This document shows positions 45,889 to 56,229 of a stretch of 64,000 bases of DNA, in pieces. Position 1 is the first letter of the stretch; the number at the start of each line of letters is the position of its first letter. The stretch spans positions 1 through 64,000 of IMG/VR virus record IMGVR_UViG_3300027963_000034, one strand, 5' to 3'. This DNA comes from a virus (Duplodnaviria; Heunggongvirae; Uroviricota; Caudoviricetes). A program made the translations under genes and the position numbers. Below the pieces are notes generated by a model, which worked only from the letters and a program-made list of their open reading frames with translations, was not told where the DNA came from and did no database searches.

Positions 45889-47252
45889 TTCTTATTTTCT
45901 AAATAGTAATTTAAATCTTCTGGTGTACCCAATCCCCACATCTTATCAATGTTAAATGTTTTAATCTTTTTACCATCTGCAATTGCTTCGTTAAAAGTTG
46001 GACAAGTATAAAACTCATTGTTAGTTCTGATATTCTTTTCAATCATTTGCTCTGCGTATTTTACATAGTCTGAACCTTTAGCCCAATAGTAAACACCGAC
46101 TGTTGCTATATCTGAAATTGGATTTTTTTCTGCTACTTTGGTAACATATCCATATTCATCAACCTTAGCGAATGACCATTTTGGATGTGTTGCTTTAAAT
46201 GTTAAAATACCACCATCTACTTTTTGCTCAATCATCTTATACATAAACTCATTCGAATCCCATTCAACAAATTGGTCAGAGTTTGCCATAACTAATGGTG
46301 CATCGTTATCAATATATTCTTTTGCTAACAACGTAGTACAAGCTGCTCCTTCTGTAATCCCATCTACTTCCACAATTTTACAATTCGGTGTGATTAGATT
46401 TAATAAGGTATCTAAATTGTACTTCTCTCTATGTTCTTTTTGTACTACATAAATGTATGTAGCTTCTATGTTTAGATTATCCACTACAACTTGTATCATT
46501 GGTTTTCCATTAACATCAATTAATGGTTTTGGAAATGTATAACCAGCTTGCTGAAATCTACTTCCAGCTCCAGCCATTGGAATAAGAACATTCATCTTAC
46601 CACCTTGCCATTTTGGTATTTTCATATTTGTCGTTTGTTCTAATTTACTAATAATTTTTGATAATACCAAATCTTTTGGAGAATCTACTCTCAAAACATT
46701 TGCTCTACTTCTACTTGCTGCTAATAATCCGTGCGGAGAATCCTCTACGATTAAAGTTTCTTCCGGCAAAACTCCCATCATACTCATTGCCTTCCAATAC
46801 ATTTCAGGATGTGGTTTAGAGTTCTTTACATCCTCATTAGAGATGATTAAGTCCATATACTCAATTATACCTATCTTTGCTAACATAACCAATACAGACC
46901 TTCTAATTGAGTTTGAAGCACATGCTAACTTATATCCTTTATTTCTTAATTCTTTAAATAACTCAATCTTTTGTAAATCAGGTTGTAATTCTGAAATTGC
47001 TTCAATTGTAAGTTGTTGCTTTCTATTCCAAACCGTTTCGTATGTATCTCGATGTAAACCCTTATTTTGAGTAAGTAGTTCTAATTTTTGATTTGTTTTT
47101 AATCCATCGTAAATTGATAAATGTTCTGCTTCTGAAATAACATATTTTGTACTCTTTCCTATTTCCCACAAAGCTTTGTTCAATGTTTCAAAATGTATTT
47201 GTTTTGCTTCCACTAATACACCATCCAAATCAAATATAATTAATTTTGTCAT
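45885..47252 (-). CDS. HAD phosphatase fused to sugar-phosphate nucleotidyltransferase
   Basis: FDLDGVL, KPHPE, VEDS; then PMAGAGSRF..PKPLI, AEK, LGTPEDL. Confidence 0.85.
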   Translation of the reverse strand: MTKLIIFDLDGVLVEAKQIHFETLNKALWEIGKSTKYVISEAEHLSIYDGLKTNQKLELLTQNKGLHRDTYETVWNRKQQLTIEAISELQPDLQKIELFKELRNKGYKLACASNSIRRSVLVMLAKIGIIEYMDLIISNEDVKNSKPHPEMYWKAMSMMGVLPEETLIVEDSPHGLLAASRSRANVLRVDSPKDLVLSKIISKLEQTTNMKIPKWQGGKMNVLIPMAGAGSRFQQAGYTFPKPLIDVNGKPMIQVVVDNLNIEATYIYVVQKEHREKYNLDTLLNLITPNCKIVEVDGITEGAACTTLLAKEYIDNDAPLVMANSDQFVEWDSNEFMYKMIEQKVDGGILTFKATHPKWSFAKVDEYGYVTKVAEKNPISDIATVGVYYWAKGSDYVKYAEQMIEKNIRTNNEFYTCPTFNEAIADGKKIKTFNIDKMWGLGTPEDLNYYLENKK

Positions 47253-47992
47253 TATTTTCCGTATTTTGCCCAATCGTTATGTCTAAATAAACCTTCGTTA
47301 TGTCCAACTTTATATTCCTGTTCTGCCCACCATTTGCTAATATTTCCTTCTAATCCAATACCTTCACCTGCAAATGGTCTAACTACATCTAAATAAAATT
47401 GTTTCTTATAAAGGCACGGGTTGTTTGTCCAATTACCATATCGAGATGTAGTCCAAAACATATCTTCCGATTTCTTTATCAAATCAGGAAATTCAATCGA
47501 TGGGTCTAACCAATGTATTGAATCTAATAAGTGTGGAGATTGACAACCAATTTCATCATCATAATAAGTCAATTCTTTACCTTTGTGTCTAAATGAAAAA
47601 TGTGGGTTACCTGGATTTACTCTATGTCTTAAACGAACAACATCCATCCCCATTTCAATTGCTTGATAGCTTCTTTTTAATGTGTTGTATGTGGTTTCGT
47701 TATCTTCAATCAAATTCCAATCATGTTCTAATACTAAAACATAATCCTCTTTTGCATTTTCAGTTAAACGGATAAATGCCTGTCCTATACCAATATTCTT
47801 TTGTAAACCTATGAAATCCAATCCAAAGTGTCTTGCAATTTCCATATCTTGTGGTGTCACTTCCTGAAATAGGATAGTCACATCGTTTACCATATCGAAT
47901 AAACCATTTTCGTAATATGTGGTTAAAGTATCTACTAATACTTGTCCACTATGCCAGGAAAGTATCCCTATGCTGATTGGTAGTTTTTCCAT
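47252..47992 (-). CDS. putative GT2-like glycosyltransferase
   Basis: NIGIG, VLVLEHDW, WTNNP. Confidence 0.6.
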   Translation of the reverse strand: MEKLPISIGILSWHSGQVLVDTLTTYYENGLFDMVNDVTILFQEVTPQDMEIARHFGLDFIGLQKNIGIGQAFIRLTENAKEDYVLVLEHDWNLIEDNETTYNTLKRSYQAIEMGMDVVRLRHRVNPGNPHFSFRHKGKELTYYDDEIGCQSPHLLDSIHWLDPSIEFPDLIKKSEDMFWTTSRYGNWTNNPCLYKKQFYLDVVRPFAGEGIGLEGNISKWWAEQEYKVGHNEGLFRHNDWAKYGK

Positions 47993-48852
47993 AATTCAAA
48001 TTTTTCTATTAATTTATCTACTCTTTGTATTTGTGTATGATTTGCGATAACTTTTGCCATTCCATTATATGCAATTCTTTCTCTCTCCTCTTCGTTTTCA
48101 TTATAGTAATTCATTTTTTCTATACAATCAAACATATCATCGTAATATACAATATCTTCACCATCTATAAACATATCTCTTAAACCAGTTTCCGGTGGTA
48201 GATTATCAGTCAATACTAATTTACCACATGCCATACCTTCAAATATTCTACGGGTTATTTCTTTCCATCTACTATTTTGAATAACCATTAATCCAGTATT
48301 CAAAAATTTTGTATGCTCTTCTGCATCCATTCCATTTCTATTTCCAATTGCCCCTTCTGCCCAATTTGTAAGATAATCTAAAAATTCCGAGCCACCTCTT
48401 CCTCTACTAGTTACGCCAACATATTGTGGTTCTAAATTCATAGGAAATTGAACGGCGGTATCTGCCCAATGTGGCACCCAATCCGCATTAATACCACATA
48501 TTCTATATTCTTCTGCTGATACTTTATCTGGTGTGATTGTATAATGAAATCTATTTGCTTTTGGATAATTTCTTTCAAAATTTTGTGGGTCATCTCCACT
48601 CTCTTGTATCCAAAATGAATTTGGTTTTAAATTCTTATCCAACCATTTGGAGTCAAACCTACCCCAATCCATAAATAATACTATATCCGTTGGCGTATCC
48701 TGTTGAATCCATAATTGTAATTGGGAATCATCACCATTTGGTATTGGAACTATTTCAGTTTCCCAGCCTCTCTCTTTAAATTCATTTAATAATGATAAAG
48801 GAGTTGACCATTTTTCATTTGGTTTATAGTCGTATATAAATGTTATTTTCAT
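47968..48852 (-). CDS. GT-B glycosyltransferase (CgeB-like)
   Basis: RIFEGMACGKLVLTD, ERERIAYNG, HT...RV. Confidence 0.85.
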   Translation of the reverse strand: MKITFIYDYKPNEKWSTPLSLLNEFKERGWETEIVPIPNGDDSQLQLWIQQDTPTDIVLFMDWGRFDSKWLDKNLKPNSFWIQESGDDPQNFERNYPKANRFHYTITPDKVSAEEYRICGINADWVPHWADTAVQFPMNLEPQYVGVTSRGRGGSEFLDYLTNWAEGAIGNRNGMDAEEHTKFLNTGLMVIQNSRWKEITRRIFEGMACGKLVLTDNLPPETGLRDMFIDGEDIVYYDDMFDCIEKMNYYNENEEERERIAYNGMAKVIANHTQIQRVDKLIEKFELWKNYQSA

Positions 48853-49514
48853 AATCTATATTTTTCTTTTGGATATCGTTCATAATAATGATTTACACTA
48901 CTATTAAAAACACAATATGGTTTCCAATTTTCACCATTTTGTATAAATTCAAATTCCGCATCTACTCTAATATGTTTATCTGATTTTTTAAAATTTATAC
49001 TTTTTAAATAATCAGATTTTGCCCACCAAAAATTACCAAAATAAGCTAATTTATCAACATGCTGTGGTGAGTGGAAGTTGACACCATATGTATTAAATTC
49101 TGTTTTTTCAAATAATTTAAATACATTTTTCACATACTCTATATTAAAATAATTCATCAAATGTCGCCAATCTTCTAAATTAGAATAATAATCTTCATAT
49201 ATTTTTGATGCACCTTTCGTATGAATATACAAAATATAATCCGAATCACCAAATGTTTCCTTATCATTTTCTATCAAATCTAATGTTGTAAATTCATTAC
49301 CAAATGCTCTAACTTCTCTAATTATGTGATTTGGTTTATTAGATTTATAAAATTTTTCAATAATGGAAGATGTTGATTTATTTGGATTCGCAATAGAAAT
49401 CCCCACATTTAATATGTAGGGAAAATCAAAATGTTTTTGTATTAAAGAAAGTTGTTCATCTACTATTGATTCGACACCATCTATTGCGTATATGTGATAA
49501 TAGATGTGTACCAT
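48849..49514 (-). CDS. putative glycosyltransferase-like (HTK family)
   Basis: YIHTKG..WR..YFGNFWW. Confidence 0.5.
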   Translation of the reverse strand: MVHIYYHIYAIDGVESIVDEQLSLIQKHFDFPYILNVGISIANPNKSTSSIIEKFYKSNKPNHIIREVRAFGNEFTTLDLIENDKETFGDSDYILYIHTKGASKIYEDYYSNLEDWRHLMNYFNIEYVKNVFKLFEKTEFNTYGVNFHSPQHVDKLAYFGNFWWAKSDYLKSINFKKSDKHIRVDAEFEFIQNGENWKPYCVFNSSVNHYYERYPKEKYRL

Positions 49515-50137
49515 TATAAAGTATCGTAGTAATTATTTTGCTTTTCTTGTCTTTCTATTGTTTTTGGATGCTTAATACAATACACTTCTTCCATTGGAAA
49601 ATTTGTATAGTTTTCAAATCCACCAATTCTTTCATGTACTTTACCACTCCATCCGATTGTTTCTTTATTTTTATAAATACGAGTTTGAACATCTGGAAAG
49701 TTTACCCATCCTTTATCATTAACCTGCCATCCCCATTTTTTAATATGTTCATCCGTTAATCCAACGACTGTATTAATTCTAGGTACTAATATCAAATCTT
49801 TGTCCACATTTGCATCTAATAGGGCCTCCATATTTACAATCAAATCAGGTTCTAAATATTCATCCGCATCTAATTGAAATATCCATTCACCTTTACATTG
49901 TGAGTTTAATAGATTTTTCCATTGAGCGAAATCGTTATCAAATTCGGATTCAATCAATGTAATATGGTCTGCCTTTCCTTGTAACTCTAAATATTCTACT
50001 AACTCTATTGGAGCTTTTGGTAAATCTAATAAGACTACTATTTCTGAATTTTCTTCTTTATAGTTTAATAATTGCCCTACTAATCTAATTGTTTCTTCGA
50101 CTTCATTACAAGCCGTTATTGCGTAACTTAATTTCAT
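49514..50137 (-). CDS. GT2 glycosyltransferase
   Basis: ITACNE, WIFQLDADE, WSGKVHE. Confidence 0.85.
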   Translation of the reverse strand: MKLSYAITACNEVEETIRLVGQLLNYKEENSEIVVLLDLPKAPIELVEYLELQGKADHITLIESEFDNDFAQWKNLLNSQCKGEWIFQLDADEYLEPDLIVNMEALLDANVDKDLILVPRINTVVGLTDEHIKKWGWQVNDKGWVNFPDVQTRIYKNKETIGWSGKVHERIGGFENYTNFPMEEVYCIKHPKTIERQEKQNNYYDTL

Positions 50138-50517
50138 TAAAATATTTTTTCGTCAGTTGAATTTGTGTAACTCCATGCAGAACCACTTGGATATCCATAT
50201 GCAGTTGATGTTGTTCCAAATCCAAATGGTGGATTACCAATTGTAATTGAACCAACTCCTGGTGTTGTTGTAATTGTTGTTCCAGGTGTACAAGTTATTT
50301 TATATGGATTGTATGGGTCTGTTGGTGGTGGTGTAATAAATGGTGAACCATTTGGTACTCCAAAGGGAAAAGATGGTGTCGATTCAAGAACTAATACCTT
50401 ATCTTCTACTTCTGCTAACTTTTCTTTTAGTGTGTCCCATTGTTTTGGAGTAATGTTAAATTCATGTACTCCGTCTGTGAATCCTTTTAACCAAAGGACG
50501 AATTCTTTTGATGTCAT
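50137..50517 (-). CDS. hypothetical Pro/Thr-rich protein
   Basis: EFVLWLKGF..KQWDTLKEKL then low complexity. Confidence 0.6.
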   Translation of the reverse strand: MTSKEFVLWLKGFTDGVHEFNITPKQWDTLKEKLAEVEDKVLVLESTPSFPFGVPNGSPFITPPPTDPYNPYKITCTPGTTITTTPGVGSITIGNPPFGFGTTSTAYGYPSGSAWSYTNSTDEKIF

Positions 50518-50520
50518 AAC

Positions 50521-51312
50521 CTATATTATATTTGATTTTTGTAAATGTTCGTATATTTTTTCTGCTATAATTTCATTTCCTTTTAAGGATATATGATTAT
50601 CTTGTACCAATTCATTCGTATCATCGTGAATTTGTAATTTATGTTTTATACAAAATTGTTTTAATGTTTTTCCTTCAAATTTTAAAACATTTTCTGCATA
50701 TTTTTCTACTGCATCCAATTCCATTTCATCTCCCATTTCCCAAGATGACCAAATTATTTTTGAATTTTTACTTTTTGCAAATATATCTAATAATTTTATT
50801 TGTTTAAAAACTCTTTGCATCTCATCTTCTTGTTTAAAGATTATTTCAAGATATTTTTTATAATGTTCGTTTAATGGTAAAAGTTCTTCTTCGTTATTAA
50901 AAGGTGATGCATCAAACTCAGTTCTATTTAAATTATACTTTTTTCCATTTAAATCATAATACCAATATCTTCTAGTTATCATAGTTAAAAATACAATATA
51001 TATTTCATTTGAATTTTTATCTATTACATCATATAACTTATCAAAAATATAATCATTGGAAGCCTGGGATACTGCTAAATTAATTATACTTGCATTATTT
51101 AATTTTTTTTCTAAAATTGTACTAAATCTATTTTCTACTTTATATTGTTCCAATTTATCAACAATAATATCTCTATGTTGCCATTGATAAGTAGTTTCAA
51201 ATTTTTCAGGAAAATATTCCAATTTATCTTCATTTAGAAAATTATAATAATTTATATTATCTAGACCACCTCCTTCGGTGAAGCTACATCCAAAAAATTT
51301 TAATTTCATCAT
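50521..51312 (-). CDS. SGNH/GDSL-like hydrolase
   Basis: FFGCSFTEGGG, ASND, DNHISLKGN. Confidence 0.62.
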   Translation of the reverse strand: MMKLKFFGCSFTEGGGLDNINYYNFLNEDKLEYFPEKFETTYQWQHRDIIVDKLEQYKVENRFSTILEKKLNNASIINLAVSQASNDYIFDKLYDVIDKNSNEIYIVFLTMITRRYWYYDLNGKKYNLNRTEFDASPFNNEEELLPLNEHYKKYLEIIFKQEDEMQRVFKQIKLLDIFAKSKNSKIIWSSWEMGDEMELDAVEKYAENVLKFEGKTLKQFCIKHKLQIHDDTNELVQDNHISLKGNEIIAEKIYEHLQKSNII

Positions 51313-51785
51313 TTGTGTTGTTTTTGTATTCTTTCAGATATACCTGCTACTTCTTTATTTTTAGAAGTCATTTCATTAACATCCATTCCTAATTCAAATA
51401 CTGAATCTAATCCACTAAGTTTATAAGTTCTATAAGAATCTCTACTTACTATTGGTACTTTTTTTACATATTTGTCAAAATATCCTTTTGCACCACCTTT
51501 CATATCAATCAATTCGCTATCTTTATCAACCATTCTATCAAAAAACTTTTTTACTAATTTTGGATTTATAGTTGATACCTTTACAGCATGTACAATATCT
51601 TTTGATTTTGAAACAAATAAAGTAAATATAATTGGAGTATCTGATGATTTATATGAAACGCTATTTCCATCTACATATGTGTATTCTTTTACTATATAAA
51701 AAGTACCCGCTACCATTTTGGAAGGGGATACTTTTTGTTTTGAATCTATTAATCTCTTATATGTTGTAAAATAGCTTTTTATCAT
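51309..51785 (-). CDS. hypothetical basic protein
   Basis: ORF; YRTY motif. Confidence 0.6.
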   Translation of the reverse strand: MIKSYFTTYKRLIDSKQKVSPSKMVAGTFYIVKEYTYVDGNSVSYKSSDTPIIFTLFVSKSKDIVHAVKVSTINPKLVKKFFDRMVDKDSELIDMKGGAKGYFDKYVKKVPIVSRDSYRTYKLSGLDSVFELGMDVNEMTSKNKEVAGISERIQKQHK

Positions 51786-53050
51786 TTATTTAACATTTTC
51801 AATTTTGGTAATTGTAATTGTTGAAATTTTGGTTGTATTTTAGTATAAATACCATATTGATTTAAAATTGCATCAAAGAATTTAGTCATTTTTGATAAGC
51901 TAAAATTTTGTTTGTTTTGCTTACCTAATTGAAATGATGCGATTTTATATTTGTCATAATTTTTGTAAACATCTTTGATTGCAATCAATGCTTTTGAAAT
52001 ATTTACATTGAACCATTGTGATTCTTTTAATAAGAATTGGTCAGCTGCGGATTCATGTACAGGTTTTAATTCACCCTCTAATAATACTGCACCTTGTTTT
52101 AAGAAATCTAATTGACCACTCCAGCCACTTACTAATATTGGTTTACCTGTTAAACTAAATTCTAATAAGGGTCTACCAAATCCTTCACCCTTTGTAAAAT
52201 TCAACATTGCTTTTACTTTTGGATGTTCATATAATCCATTCATTTCCGATGTAGTTAAATCACCATGTAATAAATAAATTGGAACTTTATTATAATCCGA
52301 ACCTAAAACATCTTTAATTTTTTTAATTGTAATTTCTCTGTCTATTACACTAAATCCAGCCGCTGATGTTTTTAGTACCAATGCTGGCTTTACTTTTTCG
52401 TTTTTGAATGCCATTGCGAATGTTTTAATCATCATTCCCACATTTTTTCTATCTTCACCCAAATCACCTCTTAACCAATGTCCTACAAATAAGAATGCAA
52501 AATCTTCTTTGATTGAATCTAATTCAGCAATGTGTGCAACATGTTCCGTTCCAAAATCTTCTTCATCAAACCCTTCAAAAAGGATTTCTACCGGTTTTTC
52601 AATTCTATGTTGTTTTATTAATTGTCCAGATTGTTTATCTGCTTCATTATATACACTATCTACTAAACTCTTTTTAGAATGTTCCGATGGTACAATAATT
52701 AAATCCATTCTATTACACCCATGTACCCAATCCAATGGTGAGTGTGTTGTTTCAATTGCAGCAGTAATTCCTATGTTATAATGTCCTACTGGTTGAAATT
52801 CATTTGGGACAGTAACTTGAATATAAATGTCAGGTTTTTCAGTAATTTGTGGAATAATGTTATCCACTACCCATTTATGAAATGGTTTATCATAATTAAG
52901 AGCATCCATTGGAGTATTGCCCCAACGAGTACTGATAACTTTAATTTCAAACTTATCTAATTTATAAAGAGAATGTAATAAATCTCTTGCGTGGTCACCA
53001 TATCCACTTCTAGTTGCTACTGGTGCCTGAAATACTAATGTTGGTTTCAT
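51782..53050 (-). CDS. GT4 glycosyltransferase
   Basis: SGYG, RKN, GEGFGRPLLE. Confidence 0.88.
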   Translation of the reverse strand: MKPTLVFQAPVATRSGYGDHARDLLHSLYKLDKFEIKVISTRWGNTPMDALNYDKPFHKWVVDNIIPQITEKPDIYIQVTVPNEFQPVGHYNIGITAAIETTHSPLDWVHGCNRMDLIIVPSEHSKKSLVDSVYNEADKQSGQLIKQHRIEKPVEILFEGFDEEDFGTEHVAHIAELDSIKEDFAFLFVGHWLRGDLGEDRKNVGMMIKTFAMAFKNEKVKPALVLKTSAAGFSVIDREITIKKIKDVLGSDYNKVPIYLLHGDLTTSEMNGLYEHPKVKAMLNFTKGEGFGRPLLEFSLTGKPILVSGWSGQLDFLKQGAVLLEGELKPVHESAADQFLLKESQWFNVNISKALIAIKDVYKNYDKYKIASFQLGKQNKQNFSLSKMTKFFDAILNQYGIYTKIQPKFQQLQLPKLKMLNK

Positions 53051-53051
53051 A

Positions 53052-54434
53052 CTATAACTCTATTAATTTAAATTTTTCTTTTGGTTTCCAATTTGCAAAT
53101 GCACCTTCCATTCCTTCTACCAATGATTCACACATTGCTTCTCTACTCAATTTCCCTTCTCCTAAAAAGAATTTTCTACCTTTTAATCCAACCGATTCTC
53201 TATCTTCTTTTGGAGTTTTATACCAATCCATAATCAATGGAGTAATATCTTCAAAATCAACTCTATCATCGAAGATATATGGAGTAGGAACTGACCCGGT
53301 TGATGAACGAACAGGCCAAATTGGTTTAACCCAATCTCCCCAAACTACACCTGCTTTTTTATGTCTATCATGCAAAGAACCTATTTCAACATAATCTTCT
53401 GCTGTTAATAATTTACCCGTACCTCTTTCTCTAAATCCACATTGGTCTTGCAATCCACCAGTAACATTTACAATGATAGGCGTACCTGCCATTACCGATT
53501 CTGCGGTTGCTAATCCAAATCCTTCATTAGATGCCACATTTATTGTTACATCACCAATATTGTAAAGATAATTTAATTGTTCTTCCGAATATCTATTTGG
53601 TGCAAATACTACATTTGTTTCAGGTGAACAACATTCTGCAATTGTTCTCGGTAAATCGGTTCCATGTTCTTCCACAGGTTGAGTGTGCATTAATAAACAC
53701 ACTTTGCTTCTTTCCTCTGGTCTCAATGCTTCAACAAATTTGTCAAATGCTAAAATAACATCAATTGGTTGTTTTCTACGAATGTTTCTATTATTCCAAT
53801 ATAATACGAAATCATATTCTTTATCACCAAATATTTCTTTTTTAAATTCTTTTGGAACTTCAATTGGTTTGTATAAATCCGAATTGATACCATGCGGTAC
53901 ATAACTCACTTGCCAATCTTCTGGTTTAGTCCAATGTTTTTCTTTATCCCAACTCCAAACTCTACGGGTAATACCATAAGTTTGTTTTGAAATACATCCA
54001 ATCCAATCACAACTTTCGTAGTAATCTCTATTGTATTTTGGGTCTGGTAAATCATCCCAAATATGATAAAAGAATAAAGGAACTGATTGGCGAATTTCAT
54101 GCTCCATTTCATACAACCAAATCCAATATCTTGGGTCGGTAAAGTGTAGGATAGCATCAGGTTTTTCGGTCATTAAAAGTTGACGAATAACATCTGGATT
54201 ACCATATCCATCAAATGGTATAACTTTAACCGATGCATCGTTTACACCAGTTCTTTCTCTAACATCATCTGATAAATCTAATACCTTTCCCATTTCAGGG
54301 TGTTTAATTGCAGCTCCCAATTGTACCCAATCGTACTTATCAACCGTCCCTAATACTAATTGTTTGGAAACATTGGCAATACCACTTGCCATTCTTAAAT
54401 CATCTGATAACAACAGAATCTTCTTTTTTGCCAT
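53052..54434 (-). CDS. GT4 glycosyltransferase
   Basis: VPHGI, NRNIRRK, NEGFGLATAE, TGGLQDQ. Confidence 0.88.
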   Translation of the reverse strand: MAKKKILLLSDDLRMASGIANVSKQLVLGTVDKYDWVQLGAAIKHPEMGKVLDLSDDVRERTGVNDASVKVIPFDGYGNPDVIRQLLMTEKPDAILHFTDPRYWIWLYEMEHEIRQSVPLFFYHIWDDLPDPKYNRDYYESCDWIGCISKQTYGITRRVWSWDKEKHWTKPEDWQVSYVPHGINSDLYKPIEVPKEFKKEIFGDKEYDFVLYWNNRNIRRKQPIDVILAFDKFVEALRPEERSKVCLLMHTQPVEEHGTDLPRTIAECCSPETNVVFAPNRYSEEQLNYLYNIGDVTINVASNEGFGLATAESVMAGTPIIVNVTGGLQDQCGFRERGTGKLLTAEDYVEIGSLHDRHKKAGVVWGDWVKPIWPVRSSTGSVPTPYIFDDRVDFEDITPLIMDWYKTPKEDRESVGLKGRKFFLGEGKLSREAMCESLVEGMEGAFANWKPKEKFKLIEL

Positions 54435-54459
54435 AACTTATTTTTAAAATATATATTGT

Positions 54460-55344
54460 TTAATTTAAATTTTTTAATCCTCTATCACATATTCCTCTAT
54501 CAAAAAACTCACACCATTCACATAGCTTGGTGGCATTTTTTGGAAATTCTATATCGGTTCTATAATTACCATCTTTGTCAAATACACTCTCTACAAACTC
54601 CGTAAAACCCTTCCAGGCTTTATTTACTGATACTTTACCATTTGCAGGTATATGTTTACTCATTCTATGTGTTGGGATATCTTCTCTTACTTCTACCTTT
54701 CTTTTCAATATAATAAATTCAACATCAATTACATCTTCTGAAATGTTTAGTAATTCTGCATAGAATTTTTTGTATAAAAGTATTTGTGCGTTTTTAACTG
54801 GGTCTGATTTTTGATATTTACTCCAACCTCTTGTAGAAGTTTTAAAGTCAATAATTCTATATCTACCATTAAAGGTATCTCTGATAATCAAATCTATAAA
54901 ACCCATAAAGTTTACATTCTCTGAAATCTTTGTGTTTATAGGTTGTTCAATTGCTACCAACTCATCGTGTTTTAACGAAAAGAATTTGTTAAAGTTTTTG
55001 GGTTTTTGAAACCAATCTAATAAGACATTTCCATCTTCTAAAAACTCTACCATTTCTTCTTTGGTGCATATTGTAGTATTGCCTATTTCACCTTCGGTTT
55101 CTTTAAGATACGCATCTCTCATTCTTTCTTTTAGATACTCCTTTAAGTCAATCATTTTGTCAGCTTGTGATTTTGATATTCTTAAACATTTCTCCAAATA
55201 GTTTTGAAGTGTTTCGTGCATTGCAGTTCCAAAGATTGAATGTATGTTAGAAGAGTTTTCTCCTAATTTATCTATGTATGCTAATTTGTATTGATGTGGA
55301 CAACTATGCCACATACTATACTGTGAAAATGATACTCTTGCCAT
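54460..55344 (-). CDS. PD-(D/E)XK nuclease (Cas4/RecB-like exonuclease)
   Basis: SFSQ..CP, FGTAMHE, GFIDL, IIDFKT, Q..LY, CEWC.F...C. Confidence 0.88.
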   Translation of the reverse strand: MARVSFSQYSMWHSCPHQYKLAYIDKLGENSSNIHSIFGTAMHETLQNYLEKCLRISKSQADKMIDLKEYLKERMRDAYLKETEGEIGNTTICTKEEMVEFLEDGNVLLDWFQKPKNFNKFFSLKHDELVAIEQPINTKISENVNFMGFIDLIIRDTFNGRYRIIDFKTSTRGWSKYQKSDPVKNAQILLYKKFYAELLNISEDVIDVEFIILKRKVEVREDIPTHRMSKHIPANGKVSVNKAWKGFTEFVESVFDKDGNYRTDIEFPKNATKLCEWCEFFDRGICDRGLKNLN

Positions 55345-55351
55345 AATACAT

Positions 55352-55383
55352 CTAATATACCCAATTTATTTGGATTTACCAAA
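55352..55383 (-). promoter_or_regulatory. Bacteroidota-type promoter
   Basis: TTTG-N20-TATATTAG. Confidence 0.55.
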
Positions 55384-56229
55384 TAATTCTTCTATAATTG
55401 GTTGTATATGGTCTGCCCAAAGTTTTGACCCTAATTCGTTTGGATGGTTATCATTTCCAATATGATATTCTTTGTTTAAATTTATAAATTCATTTAAAGT
55501 AAATCCATTATAATAGTTTGGATTTTCTTTCATTGATTTTATTAGTCTATTATGGATAAGTGGGTGATGGGTATTATGAAAAAAACTAATGTCATCTTCT
55601 ACTTCGTTTGAAACCGCTAACTCATATCTTGGATTCCCATGTGAGTCTTTTAAATACCATTGACCATTTGATTCGTTTAAAACAGGTATATGGTTATTTA
55701 TACCATCAAATATTAAAAATTTATAACCATTTGCTTTACAAAAATTTGTAAAATTTATAATATTATGATACGTTTTTATTAAAGAAAATGTTATATTTGT
55801 ATATAATTGAGATATTTCGTATCTATTTTTATAAATCCACGAATTTAAAGGAAATTCATTATCCCATCCTTCAAACCCATCCGCAGTTATTTTACGACTA
55901 CCTTGTTTATCTAGAAATTGTAAAGGAGTAAGATGCCAATATAATGAACCATTGCTTTTTTCATCAAATGAATCCCAACAAATTAAAAATCTTAAACACT
56001 CTGATAATTGTATTACAAATAAACTATCTTTTGCTATTTCTGGATTTAATGTAGCGTAGTTTATTACATTTTGAGTTATTACTTCGTTTCCAATCCCACC
56101 TTTAGCTATATTAATTAATTCTAAATTATTATTTTCTGCTAAATATTTTGCCCAAGATGCAGTTTTTCCAATTAAATGTCCTTCGGTGAAAGAACAACCG
56201 GATGTTATTAAATATTTTGTATCAATCAT
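55366..56229 (-). CDS. SGNH/GDSL-like hydrolase
   Basis: SGCSFTEG, GGIGN, DNHPNELG. Confidence 0.65.
   Translation of the reverse strand: MIDTKYLITSGCSFTEGHLIGKTASWAKYLAENNNLELINIAKGGIGNEVITQNVINYATLNPEIAKDSLFVIQLSECLRFLICWDSFDEKSNGSLYWHLTPLQFLDKQGSRKITADGFEGWDNEFPLNSWIYKNRYEISQLYTNITFSLIKTYHNIINFTNFCKANGYKFLIFDGINNHIPVLNESNGQWYLKDSHGNPRYELAVSNEVEDDISFFHNTHHPLIHNRLIKSMKENPNYYNGFTLNEFINLNKEYHIGNDNHPNELGSKLWADHIQPIIEELFGKSK

Noticed and set aside
54460-55344. CRISPR-Cas system
   Set aside because: Cas4-like nuclease is solitary; no repeat-spacer array or other cas genes seen.
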